A DNA stretch of 64,000 nt from Saprospiraceae bacterium. Lineage in GTDB: Bacteria > Bacteroidota > Bacteroidia > Chitinophagales > Saprospiraceae. The stretch spans positions 147,040-211,039 of the forward strand of contig JADKGL010000029.1 in NCBI GenBank assembly GCA_016722295.1, given 5' to 3'. The translations under genes were made by a program, and so were the position numbers. Of this stretch, positions 20,426 through 29,864 are shown piece by piece. Positions within the stretch are counted from its first letter, which is position 1. Every line of letters starts with the position of its first letter. The notes beneath the pieces were generated by a model, which did not search any database, had not been told where the DNA came from, and saw only the letters and a list, made by a program, of their open reading frames with translations.

Positions 20426-21566
20426 ACATTGATCCATATATATATTGAACAAATGGTCCATTCAAAAACTCTTTTGTATCTATCATAGATTGGAGTATCG
20501 GTCCTTTGTAAGTTCCAGATAACAGGAGTCTTGCACATTCCAGCAGAGGAGCAGCGGTAGCTGTTTGTATTGCTTTTAATTTATAACTGCCCACTTGCTT
20601 AGGATGGATTTTCATTGATTTTTCAAGTAGATGTAATTCATTTTTCTCATCCTTAGCCATGACTGAAGCATAAATGACAATGAGGTCATCTTCTACATGT
20701 GGTATGTTTTCTTTCATTTTGGCTAATAAGGGAATTGCCAAGTTTTCATCACTACCTAATTCTTGGATCTGAGTTCTCACCCAATCATAATGCCCAGGAT
20801 ATCGTATGGTTTTATAATGTAAAGAATTAACTTTATTAGCAAAAAACTCGGGCATATCTGCTGCACCACCTGATGTGAAATCATCTTCATAACGGATGCC
20901 ATCAATAATTATGGATTGTGTATCTGACAATGAAGGAATGATTTGTTTAATACCATTTTTTACCACTATAGCATCCTTGACATATTCTGTAGCGACACCA
21001 ATTGGACTCCAAGTAAACCCATAGTAATGTGGAGATTTAGTAATATTCGTTAACGCACCAACTTTCATTGAAATTTCTTCAAAGAAATCTGTTTTATACT
21101 TTTTTGTGAACTGCTCAGCAAGATATTTTGCTAAAATATTAATATAGCCTGGGGCAAGTCCAGCTTGGAGGATAAAGCCTGTTTCAGCACCAGTAGCAAT
21201 TTGTACTACTTCTTCAGATTCTTTCACATATTCGGTTAGATTGACATAATGCAGTCCAAATTCTCTTGCAAATCTTGCCATTCTAGGAGCTTCAGAACCA
21301 GGTAAACAGTCTAAAATAATATCAGATGAATCGAAAACAAACTTCATTTCCTCAGTTGTTTGCTTTGGATCGATAAAGAATGGTTCTACTTGGATAAGGC
21401 TAGACGTACCTGCTGTGATCCATTCGCAAACTTGCTTAGCGGCTTCAAAATTGATGTCACCGATATAAATGCTAGCATCAAATTCTTGCTTTTCAGCAAG
21501 GATTAAGCCTGCTGCTTTCCCGATTCCTCCAGCACCTGCGATGATGATTTTCTCTTTTTTATACAT
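20388..21566 (-). CDS. saccharopine dehydrogenase-family oxidoreductase
   Basis: 392 aa. N-terminal Rossmann loop IIIAGAGGIGKAAG; overall saccharopine-DH-like layout. Confidence 0.8.
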   Translation of the reverse strand: MYKKEKIIIAGAGGIGKAAGLILAEKQEFDASIYIGDINFEAAKQVCEWITAGTSSLIQVEPFFIDPKQTTEEMKFVFDSSDIILDCLPGSEAPRMARFAREFGLHYVNLTEYVKESEEVVQIATGAETGFILQAGLAPGYINILAKYLAEQFTKKYKTDFFEEISMKVGALTNITKSPHYYGFTWSPIGVATEYVKDAIVVKNGIKQIIPSLSDTQSIIIDGIRYEDDFTSGGAADMPEFFANKVNSLHYKTIRYPGHYDWVRTQIQELGSDENLAIPLLAKMKENIPHVEDDLIVIYASVMAKDEKNELHLLEKSMKIHPKQVGSYKLKAIQTATAAPLLECARLLLSGTYKGPILQSMIDTKEFLNGPFVQYIYGSMSKSEKVLADLHL

Positions 21567-21828
21567 AGGTAGAATTCTAAATCACATCAAAGAATGGATT
21601 TTCAAGCGAATTGTTCAAAAATAGATATTGATTTGGATGCAATGGGTTAGGTTTTTATCCATTTACTATATGGCTATTTGTTTAGGATTGGGTATTCAAT
21701 TTTGACACATCTTATAGTATCAAACTTACCAATTCCATGTAGTTTATGATTTTGTTGTGTTTGGTGTAGGGTTATTATTATGATTTAGGGAAAATTGGGA
21801 ACAAAATTTGACTCGAAGGACTTTTTTT

Positions 21829-21874
21829 GAAAAATATTTAAAAAAGTCAAGCGAGGCGTTTAGCTCCGCTTGAC
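21829..21874 (-). terminator. rho-independent terminator downstream of the DUF2892 gene
   Basis: gtcaagcg (21846-21853) pairs with cgcttgac (21867-21874), plus 3 inner pairs. On the minus strand it is followed directly by TTTTTTAAATATTTTTC. Confidence 0.6.
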
Positions 21875-21903
21875 GAAAACCATTGTTAATTGTTAAGAAT
21901 TTT

Positions 21904-22113
21904 CTATTGTTGTTTAGTAGAGCAAGTCGAAATTCCAAAAATTGAGTACAAAGGACAAAAACTTATTATACTTGTAATAGTAAATACAGTTGCTAGAATA
22001 AGCAAAATTAAACCCACCGTTCCACCTATGATATTGGTAAAGTATAGGGTAACTAAAATTGCTGAAATTACTAATCTAATAATTCTGTCAGCAGAAGACA
22101 TATTTTTTTTCAT
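21904..22113 (-). CDS. DUF2892 (YgaP-like) small membrane protein
   Basis: 69 aa. Two TM helices and the ADRIIRLVI ... FCPLYSIFGISTC pattern typical of DUF2892. Confidence 0.75.
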   Translation of the reverse strand: MKKNMSSADRIIRLVISAILVTLYFTNIIGGTVGLILLILATVFTITSIISFCPLYSIFGISTCSTKQQ

Positions 22114-22472
22114 TTATGATTGATTTATTTGTTTAAGAAATTCATAAGTAATACAATTGAAGAAATGATTGCAACGCACAAAATGCACATCAAAATAAAT
22201 TTGTAAATTATTTGCGTCTTCTTCATTTGCAAAACAAAGATCTGTAGATTGAGCCAATTGCATTGTGACTAAAGTCACTTAGATGGAAATTATTATTATT
22301 AAATTTCTATTTAAAAAGTTCATTCAAGCATTCTTTATATAATTAGTAAATTTTGCTAAATAAAACAAAGTATCAAGACCAATTATAAATTGTAATATAC
22401 CTGATATTTATAAAAAATGTCATTTCACTCTTTGTATTAACTTATCCGATGTTAGTTGCTTTTTTCTATTTG

Positions 22473-24527
22473 CTAGTTGGCAAAGTTCATTTTTTGTATT
22501 CTTATTGCGTTTAGTATTGCTAATAAAGCGACACCTACATCTGCAAAAACTGCTTCCCACATTGTAGCGAGACCACCCGCTCCAAGCAACAAAACAATTC
22601 CTTTTACAAAAAATGCCATTAAAATATTTTGCAAGACAATTTTCTTTGTTTGTTTACCAATTTTAATTGCCAATGGAATTTTACTAGGCTTGTCATCTTG
22701 TATTACTACATCTGCCGTTTCAATTGCGGCGTCGCTTCCAAGTCCACCCATTGCAATACCAACATTACTTAAGGCAATAACAGGTGCATCATTTACACCA
22801 TCGCCTACGAATGCCACGGTTTCATTTCTCGCAATGATTTCTTTAATTTTATTTACTTTGTCTTCAGGTAATAAATCACCAAATGCGTTAGCAATACCTA
22901 ATTTTTGAGCAACAAATTGTACTACTGTATTTTTATCTCCACTGAGCATGGTGGTTTGAACTCCCATTTCTTTTAGTTCAACTATGGTCATTTGTGCATC
23001 TTCTTTTATGCTATCTGCAATGGTTAAATAACCTGCAAATCGCTTGTCGTAAGCAATGGCAATTAATGTATAAACTATTGATGTTTGATCTACATCATAG
23101 GGAATCGAAAATTTATCTAGCAACTTGCAATTTCCTACTATTAATTCTTTACTATTAACAGTTGCTTTCAAGCCATATCCTGATATTTCTTCAACATCTT
23201 CACATAGTATAGTATTGTCAATTTTACCTACTAAATTTTGTATAGCTGTTGCTACCGGGTGAGTGCTTTTACTTTCCAAGGTATTTACATAATGTAGAAT
23301 TTGTTCCTTATTAAATTCAGGTTTTATATTGACTTCTTGTACTTTAAATATGCCCTCGGTCATCGTGCCAGTTTTATCCACCACTACATTTTGAATAGTA
23401 GCAATATTATCAAGAAAGTTGCTACCTTTAAATAAAATGCCATTTTTACTGGCTGCACCTATACCTCCAAAATAACCCAACGGTATACTGATGACCAAAG
23501 CGCAAGGACAAGAAATTACTAAGAAAATCAACGATCTGTATAACCATTGGCTAAATTCATAGTTTGCTACAAATAAATACGGCAAGATGCAAATTAGGAT
23601 TGCTAATAAGACAACGATTGGGGTATAGATTTTTGCAAATTTTCTTATAAAAAGTTCAGTTGGTGCTTTTTGGGTTGTGGCTTGTTGAACCATTTTCAAA
23701 ATTTTACTCAATTTGCTGTCTGAATATGCTGTCGTAACTTTTATTTGAGCTATTTTATTAAGATTTATCATGCCTGCCAAAACAGTTTCTCCTTTTAGCT
23801 TCGTGTCGGGTTTGCTTTCTCCAGTTAGTGCAGCAGTATTAAATGAAGCATTATCGGACAATAGTTCTCCATCAAGTCCTAGTTTTTCGCCGACTCTGAG
23901 TTGAATAATATCGCCTATGTTTACGCATTTAGAATTGATTATTTTTGCTTCATTGTTTTGTAGAATCGTTACTTCGTCTGGTCGTTGATCAAGCAAGGTT
24001 TGTATGTTGACTTTAGCTCTTTTTATAGCTAACATTTGAAATACCTCGCCTATAGTATAAAACAACATTACTGCTACAGCTTCGGGATATTCACCAATGG
24101 CAAATGCTCCAATTGTCGCAATAGACATTAATAAGAATTCTGAAAATAGTTCGCCTTTTCTTATGTTTTGAATTGCTTCTTTCAATACAGGAAAACCAAC
24201 TGGTATGTATGCTAAGATATACCAAGCAATTCTTAACCACCCTTTGAACCAAGTTTGAGGAAAAATATTGTCTAAAACAATGGCAATGATCAGTAAAATC
24301 AAAGAAATTATAGCCGGTAAAAACAAATTTAATATATTGTTATCGCTATTGGAATGAACATGATCAGCTTTTGCTAAATGTTCATCAGTTGTACAACATG
24401 CTGTTTCTTCATGTTTTTTAGTTAATAGTGTATTTTCCACAAAGTTAATCTGTTCTGCTTGGTTACAACAAAGTTGTTTACCATTTTTATCGTATGTATG
24501 TTTATGATTCATATTTAATTTATGCAA
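22473..24527 (-). CDS. heavy-metal-translocating P1B-type ATPase (Zn/Cd/Co-like)
   Basis: 684 aa. DKTGTMT phosphorylation site, SCPCALVIS (CPC) in TM6, GDGVNDAP hinge, FADVGVALLAILNAIR in the last TM. The N-terminus has CC pairs (QLCCNQ, ETACCTTDEH) and a His-rich stretch instead of GMxCxxC. Metal specificity is inference. Confidence 0.92.
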   Translation of the reverse strand: MHKLNMNHKHTYDKNGKQLCCNQAEQINFVENTLLTKKHEETACCTTDEHLAKADHVHSNSDNNILNLFLPAIISLILLIIAIVLDNIFPQTWFKGWLRIAWYILAYIPVGFPVLKEAIQNIRKGELFSEFLLMSIATIGAFAIGEYPEAVAVMLFYTIGEVFQMLAIKRAKVNIQTLLDQRPDEVTILQNNEAKIINSKCVNIGDIIQLRVGEKLGLDGELLSDNASFNTAALTGESKPDTKLKGETVLAGMINLNKIAQIKVTTAYSDSKLSKILKMVQQATTQKAPTELFIRKFAKIYTPIVVLLAILICILPYLFVANYEFSQWLYRSLIFLVISCPCALVISIPLGYFGGIGAASKNGILFKGSNFLDNIATIQNVVVDKTGTMTEGIFKVQEVNIKPEFNKEQILHYVNTLESKSTHPVATAIQNLVGKIDNTILCEDVEEISGYGLKATVNSKELIVGNCKLLDKFSIPYDVDQTSIVYTLIAIAYDKRFAGYLTIADSIKEDAQMTIVELKEMGVQTTMLSGDKNTVVQFVAQKLGIANAFGDLLPEDKVNKIKEIIARNETVAFVGDGVNDAPVIALSNVGIAMGGLGSDAAIETADVVIQDDKPSKIPLAIKIGKQTKKIVLQNILMAFFVKGIVLLLGAGGLATMWEAVFADVGVALLAILNAIRIQKMNFAN

Positions 24528-24732
24528 GATAATGGAATTTCCAAAAATGTAATTAAAGAGATTGCAAATTATGTTCTTTAAATATGTTTTAATAGTTTAC
24601 CTGAATACTATAGATTTATTCCAAAGGAAGCAGTATTAATTTTTTCTAGAATATAGATTTTTATTGAAACGAAAAACGTTGACCATCGTAAATAATTATT
24701 CATAAGTCAACTTATTTTTGCAATACTACTTA

Positions 24733-25461
24733 TCATTTCATTAGGTATTTTATGATTTGAAATAAAGCTGTTAAAATAATAATCCCTAGCACAATATATC
24801 TAAAGACAGTTTCAGAAGTTTTTTGAAGTATTTTTTTTCCAACGTAACTTCCCAGAATACTAATACCAATTAAAAATGGAATTAGAAATAGGTATTCTTT
24901 TTTGAAGTATCCATTGCTCGTATAAACAATTGCTCGGCTTGCATCTACTCCCAAATCTATAAGTGCAGAAGTTGCTATAAATATTTCTTTTGGCATTTGA
25001 AAAGCTGTCAAGGTAATTCCTCTTATTGCACCTCCAGTACCTGCGATGCCTGCAATAAAACCAGAAGCAATTCCACCAATGTACAAATTTGTATCTGTTT
25101 GTTGAACAGTTTTGTTGAAATTAACCATAAAATAGATGGCAAGGAATACTAAAATAAAATTCATTGCCAATTCAATTTGTTGAGTTGGTAAGAAAGTAGT
25201 TATATATGCTCCAATAGTTACAAAAATAACAGCGGGAATGCCAAGCTTTAATGCGATATATTTATTAATACCATTTCTGAAAAGTGCTATTTTTGATAAA
25301 TTGCTGAAAACATGAAATACAGCTGTAATTCCTAAAACTGATTTAAAGTCAAAAAACAACGAAGCAATAGGTACAAATAGAATTGAAGATCCAAAGCCTG
25401 AAATAGTGCCTAGTACTTCAGAAACAAATGCAAGTATTATGAAAACATAGTATTTTTCCAT
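24733..25461 (-). CDS. TauE/SafE-family anion exporter
   Basis: 242 aa. Eight hydrophobic helices; Gly-rich repeats (GTISGFGSS, GIAGTGGAIRG) typical of TauE/SafE. Confidence 0.8.
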   Translation of the reverse strand: MEKYYVFIILAFVSEVLGTISGFGSSILFVPIASLFFDFKSVLGITAVFHVFSNLSKIALFRNGINKYIALKLGIPAVIFVTIGAYITTFLPTQQIELAMNFILVFLAIYFMVNFNKTVQQTDTNLYIGGIASGFIAGIAGTGGAIRGITLTAFQMPKEIFIATSALIDLGVDASRAIVYTSNGYFKKEYLFLIPFLIGISILGSYVGKKILQKTSETVFRYIVLGIIILTALFQIIKYLMK

Positions 25462-25575
25462 TTATAAATTATTTTTTGAAATGTTTAAATGTTCTTGTGC
25501 TCAAGGCAATTAGTTGCAGGTGTTAGTGTCGTTGGAAATGATGGATCAAGATAAGAGATGATTTTAGATATACTT

Positions 25576-26115
25576 TCATTCGTTTTTTAATCGTGCGTAC
25601 ATATCTAAACTTATAAAACGTCCATTTTTTATTTCACAGTCTTTCATTGTTCCTTCGTGCTTGAAGTCAAGTTTTTTCATTGCGTTTTTACAGTTCAAGT
25701 TATCAGTTTCAACAATACCTTCAATTCTGTGAAGTCCTAGCTGTTCAAATCCGTAATTGCAAATTATTGGCATCGTTTCAGTCATTATTCCTTGTCCCCA
25801 ATAGTTTTTTAAAAGCCAGAAACCGATTTCAGCTTTTTTATGTTCTTTACTCAAACTATTTAGTCCTCCTGCTCCGTAGAATGTTGCATTGTCCAAAGAA
25901 CAAACTGCCCACCAAATTCCTGTTTCATTTTTTTCTAAGTCGGCAAAAAATTTCATTTGTTCTTTTGTATCTTCAATTGTTTTGTAACTCACCCCATAAA
26001 ATTTGATAATTTCTGGGTCAGAAAGTCCTTTAAAGACATTCTCTAAATCACTTTCAACAAATTGTCGAAGTAGAAGTCTGTTGGTTTGAATTGTCGGAAA
26101 TTGAACTTCCATCAT
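25576..26115 (-). CDS. GNAT-family N-acetyltransferase (RimJ/RimL-like)
   Basis: 179 aa. RLLLRQF..D N-terminus and the WGQGIMTE..GLHRIEG acetyl-CoA-binding region. Confidence 0.85.
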   Translation of the reverse strand: MMEVQFPTIQTNRLLLRQFVESDLENVFKGLSDPEIIKFYGVSYKTIEDTKEQMKFFADLEKNETGIWWAVCSLDNATFYGAGGLNSLSKEHKKAEIGFWLLKNYWGQGIMTETMPIICNYGFEQLGLHRIEGIVETDNLNCKNAMKKLDFKHEGTMKDCEIKNGRFISLDMYARLKNE

Positions 26116-26456
26116 TTTTTTATTTCTGTTTATTCCTTGAGTGGATTTTTATGCTGGAATCTATCAGCAAGACCAGATAATCAAAGAAGATAGATCAAGA
26201 TGTCCGTCTATGCAATTGTTGTGATCATACATTTTTTTTTCTGTCATCTTTAACTTTTGATTGTATAAATAAAACACTAAAGTTTAGTTTAGGTTTAATT
26301 GCTTTCACTTCTTCTAGAATAAAATCAATATTAGAGATTTTACTACTCAATTATCAGAATAGTTTTATAAAAATAACATTATGGAAATTCTTTTTATGCA
26401 GTTTGATTCAAGATCGGATTCATTCTGGTATTTTGTTTGGGAGAAAGCTTATATAG

Positions 26457-27551
26457 TTAGGTAATTTTTCTTTTCTTTCGCCGGATTCCTATTACGATTG
26501 CAGTAATACTAATTACTATTATTCCTATAACGATTAAATTTATCATTTTCCTAACTAGTAAATTGAAAAGTAAAGTGTCAGTTTTTCCTGTTTCTAAAAA
26601 TACCCAATCACTGGCTATTCTTGTCGCTAAATTTGGATTTCCAGTCTCTAAAATAATTATTCCGTCACCTGATATAGGATTTATTCTTAGTGCTGTATTA
26701 ATAGGAGGTGTACTTTTTCCATCATGCCCAAAAATGTCTTCGCCATTTTCAATATCCATATAGAGCATAGCTCCTAAACCATAGATTTTTTCACCCATAA
26801 TGTCCCAATGAGATTTTCTTATTAGTTTTAAAGATTCTGGTCTTATGTGTCCCCTTCCTATTGGTTCACCATTTTTACCAGTTAAAAACAATTGAAAAAA
26901 TGTTTCTAAATCTGAAAGTGAAGTATATAATGAAGTTGCAGCTAAAGCAGTATAATAATAATGTGATGCTGTGCTTTTATCTGAATTGTAAAATTCACAT
27001 AATCTACTTTGTAAAGTATCATTAAGAATGTAACTACTGCTTGTCATATTCAAAGGAGTAAATACACTGTCCCTCATAAACGCATTAAAAGTTTGTCCAC
27101 TGGTTTCTTCTACTACTAATTGTAATAGGGTAAACCCACCACCAGAATAGTTCCATTTTGATCCTGGTTCAATACCTACTTTGACTTCACCATTTGCTCC
27201 ATCATCAGCATCTTTTGCTTTAGTTAGTGATTCTTCTATAGTTTGAATGGAATCTTTGTTTTTAAATCCTTGATAACCTAGCCCATCAGTTAACCCTGCT
27301 GTATGACTCAATAATTTTCTAACGGTTACTTCTTCATTGCTAAATTCACTTTGTGGTAGTTGCCATCGTGTAAGATATTTCGTAACTGGTGTATCCAAAT
27401 TTATTTTGCCTAGTTCAACCAGCTTCATAATTCCTACGGATGAAACGATCTTAGAGAGAGAGGATACTTGAAAAATTGTGTTTTTGTCAACTGCTTTGTT
27501 TTTTGAAAAAAAGAGTTCGTTTTCGATTATGCCATTATTCATAATAGCCAT
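26457..27551 (-). CDS. serine hydrolase of the beta-lactamase/transpeptidase-like family, with C-terminal TM anchor
   Basis: 364 aa from the first ATG. SxxK motif SSLSK and a C-terminal helix IVIGIIVISITAIVIGIRRKKRK. The frame stays open 65 codons further upstream (to 27746) and encodes a signal peptide there (see findings). Confidence 0.8.
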   Translation of the reverse strand: MAIMNNGIIENELFFSKNKAVDKNTIFQVSSLSKIVSSVGIMKLVELGKINLDTPVTKYLTRWQLPQSEFSNEEVTVRKLLSHTAGLTDGLGYQGFKNKDSIQTIEESLTKAKDADDGANGEVKVGIEPGSKWNYSGGGFTLLQLVVEETSGQTFNAFMRDSVFTPLNMTSSSYILNDTLQSRLCEFYNSDKSTASHYYYTALAATSLYTSLSDLETFFQLFLTGKNGEPIGRGHIRPESLKLIRKSHWDIMGEKIYGLGAMLYMDIENGEDIFGHDGKSTPPINTALRINPISGDGIIILETGNPNLATRIASDWVFLETGKTDTLLFNLLVRKMINLIVIGIIVISITAIVIGIRRKKRKIT

Positions 27552-27774
27552 AGCAAAGTTTCCTACAAATTCTTTTTCAATTTGGTGATTGACTGCTTTG
27601 GTAAATAATTTCGGCTCATTACTGTCGGTAAAAGGCTTATGCCACCAACCATTAAGTGTGCCATAAAATGCTACACAGCACCATAATAGAGAGTAATATA
27701 ATTACAAATGTATATTTGAAAATTGTATTGATTTCTTGTTTTATTTACAAAACCAATAATCTCAACTTTATATT

Positions 27775-28341
27775 TTAGCAACAAGTTACTTTCATTCGAA
27801 GATTATTCCAGTAGGTTTTAGTTGCATTACACACAGTCATAATATGTATTATTGCTAATATAACTGCACCCGGTATTAAATTTACTGCAACAAACTTAAA
27901 TAGTTCAAAGTTTTTTAAATAGCTAAGGTCTTGAATTATTTCAATTCCACTTTCCGTTATTGTAAGTTTAAATGAAAGAAATACTGCGATTGAAGCAAAA
28001 TGAAACCCATTTACGAACAAATGTAAAATATATTCCCATCGGGGAAGCCCACCCATAAAACTCCTACTGTCCTTTTCCACATAAGCATCTATTCCAAGTA
28101 CAATAATATCCAATGCAACAAATAAGATGCCTAAATAAAAACTTATCAGACTATTTTGGATGATGAATAAAAAATAGACGATCAAGGGAAATAATATTGC
28201 TCTGATGGTATGAGTTAAATGTTCAAAATTGCTTTCCTTATGATTGAAAAGTTGATATTTGAAAATATGAAGATAAAAACCATCAATAATCGCTAATATT
28301 GCAAATACTGAAATTAAAATTGTGGAGATTAAAAAGCCCAT
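27775..28341 (-). CDS. hypothetical multi-pass membrane protein
   Basis: The track ORF starts at a TTG (28401). The first ATG gives MGFLISTILISVFAIL. Five or six hydrophobic helices; no family recognised. Confidence 0.5.
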   Translation of the reverse strand: MGFLISTILISVFAILAIIDGFYLHIFKYQLFNHKESNFEHLTHTIRAILFPLIVYFLFIIQNSLISFYLGILFVALDIIVLGIDAYVEKDSRSFMGGLPRWEYILHLFVNGFHFASIAVFLSFKLTITESGIEIIQDLSYLKNFELFKFVAVNLIPGAVILAIIHIMTVCNATKTYWNNLRMKVTCC

Positions 28342-28849
28342 TTTATAATTGTTGAAAATTTCAACAAAGATCTGTATTTGCTGCGACTTTCCAAAGGACA
28401 AATGTCCTCAATTTATTTATTCACAAACTTCTTGTCGGGTTGTTGAATTCAAAAGATTAGGCTTGTAGATCGGCTGTTCTCAACTCATCTTATGTGAACT
28501 ATTGGATTGTGAAGTCTTAGTTATTTCTGAGTTGTCATTAAAAATAGCGTTCCTATTACTATAACATCTTGTAAAAAATGTATTGTCCAAGCCCAAAAGA
28601 AGCCGTTTGTTTCGTCAAGTGATTTACTTCAAGGTTGGTTGTTTGAGATGGTGAATTAATTTTATGATCAAGATTAAAATTTGGATCTTAATGCTCTAAA
28701 TCTAAGACCAGAGGTGTGAAGCTTTTAATGATTGGAAGAATCCAAACAAATTTAATTGATAATAAGTCAGCAAATTCGTACTTACAATTTTGTCCAAAAA
28801 TCATTCTCATAGAAAATACATAGTTAGGAATAAAAAATCCTATAAAGTA

Positions 28850-28868
28850 AGATCGCAGTTGAAAACTG
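28850..28868. repeat. copy A of a 19-nt repeat AGATCGCAGTTGRAAACTG
   Basis: agatcgcagttgaaaactg; 18/19 identical to 29671-29689, same orientation. The flanks are also similar (aaatcct.../aaattcct...). Confidence 0.7.
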
Positions 28869-28891
28869 TATCCAATCCAAGAAAACTGCAA

Positions 28892-29425
28892 CTAAGGCAA
28901 TTTGATTATTTTAGAAAATCTTCTAGTTAAAATCACATCAAAATCATCTGCTGAGGGCCCATATGTGGCAGGGACAGGAATGTTTAGTAATCTTAAATAT
29001 ACGCCTAGTTGTGCGCGATGGTGGACCAAATGGTTCATGCAGAATAGTCGTAAAACTTGCTTTTTTGGCAAAGTAAAATATATTTCTTCGCCATGAGTCA
29101 TCGACCAATCCTTATTTAATTCTTCATCTGTTAGGATTTGGAGCGAGCTTGTAGATTGAGTTAATAAATGATCAAAATACTCTAGCAGTTCTTGTGTTGT
29201 TTTTATTTCAGCAGGTTCAAAGTTGCTAAAATCTAATTTGTCTTGTTCTGCTACATTTTTCCACCAAGCAATAATTTCTGCTAGATGTATGGCTAGTCGT
29301 CCTAATTTTTCAGATTTTTCAGCTGGCTGGAATTCTGATCTTTCAAATGGTATACATTCTAAATATCGTCTCGTTACTTCTGCTTCTAGACTTAATTCCT
29401 GAAGTAATTCTTGTGCTGTTGTCAT
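28892..29425 (-). CDS. DinB-family protein
   Basis: 177 aa. DinB-like four-helix pattern with His triad candidates (AIHLAEII, MNHLVHHRAQLGVYLR). Confidence 0.8.
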   Translation of the reverse strand: MTTAQELLQELSLEAEVTRRYLECIPFERSEFQPAEKSEKLGRLAIHLAEIIAWWKNVAEQDKLDFSNFEPAEIKTTQELLEYFDHLLTQSTSSLQILTDEELNKDWSMTHGEEIYFTLPKKQVLRLFCMNHLVHHRAQLGVYLRLLNIPVPATYGPSADDFDVILTRRFSKIIKLP

Positions 29426-29442
29426 TTTTTTTTTTTTTTTTT
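29426..29442. repeat. 17-nt homopolymer (A17 on the coding strand) abutting the DinB start codon
   Basis: The plus strand reads gtcat followed by T through 29442, an 18-T run counting the T of the start-codon complement. Confidence 0.95.
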
Positions 29443-29670
29443 AAATTATGCCTTTGCTATGACAATAAAATCAAGGGAAAGTTTACTAGGCTAAGTCTCG
29501 CTCTTTTGCTGAAGTGTGGTTGTGTGATGGATGTCTATTTATGTGGAGATCATTGAAAACATTATGTAGCATATCACTAGTGTCTAATAGAATGCCCATT
29601 CTGTGAATTGAAAATCCTAAAATAGTAAACAATTTAGTTGTTGATTGGAATTCTAAATTCCTAGTATATT

Positions 29671-29692
29671 AGATCGCAGTTGGAAACTGCGA
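29671..29692. repeat. copy B of the 19-nt repeat, forming a perfect hairpin
   Basis: agatcgcagttggaaactgcga. tcgcagtt (29674-29681), gga loop, aactgcga (29685-29692): 8-bp stem. Confidence 0.7.
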
Positions 29693-29864
29693 CTAATTAG
29701 TTGAATCTATATTAAGAAATGATAAACCACATTTTTTTTATTTTTGTTCAATTGCTTTACTTATTAGATCTTGTCTAAAATAATTAGTAAGTGCTAATAA
29801 AAAATTTAAATTTGCGCCAAGAAAATAGTCATTCTCCTTCAAACTATGTACATATAAATTCCTA

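Noticed and set aside
21567-21828. Possible lysine riboswitch or other leader RNA upstream of the saccharopine dehydrogenase-family gene
   Set aside because: The 260-nt leader is AT-rich, with none of the GC-rich paired L-box elements and no evident conserved helices.
22477-22908. 143-aa plus-strand ORF, and similar track ORFs at 4310..4579, 7300..7527, 17455..18090, 19675..19929, 42780..43448
   Set aside because: They lie fully antisense inside strongly supported genes (P1B ATPase, ALDH, LOG, MeaB, IscU, kinase) and have low-complexity, unrecognisable translations. They are typical shadow ORFs.
28688-28891. 67-aa ORF directly in frame after the DinB TAG stop (possible read-through extension or second in-frame-stop lesion)
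   Set aside because: DinB is already full length (177 aa) at its stop. The extension starts only at a fortuitous TTG and has no recognisable motif. It is most likely a chance open frame or an old remnant.
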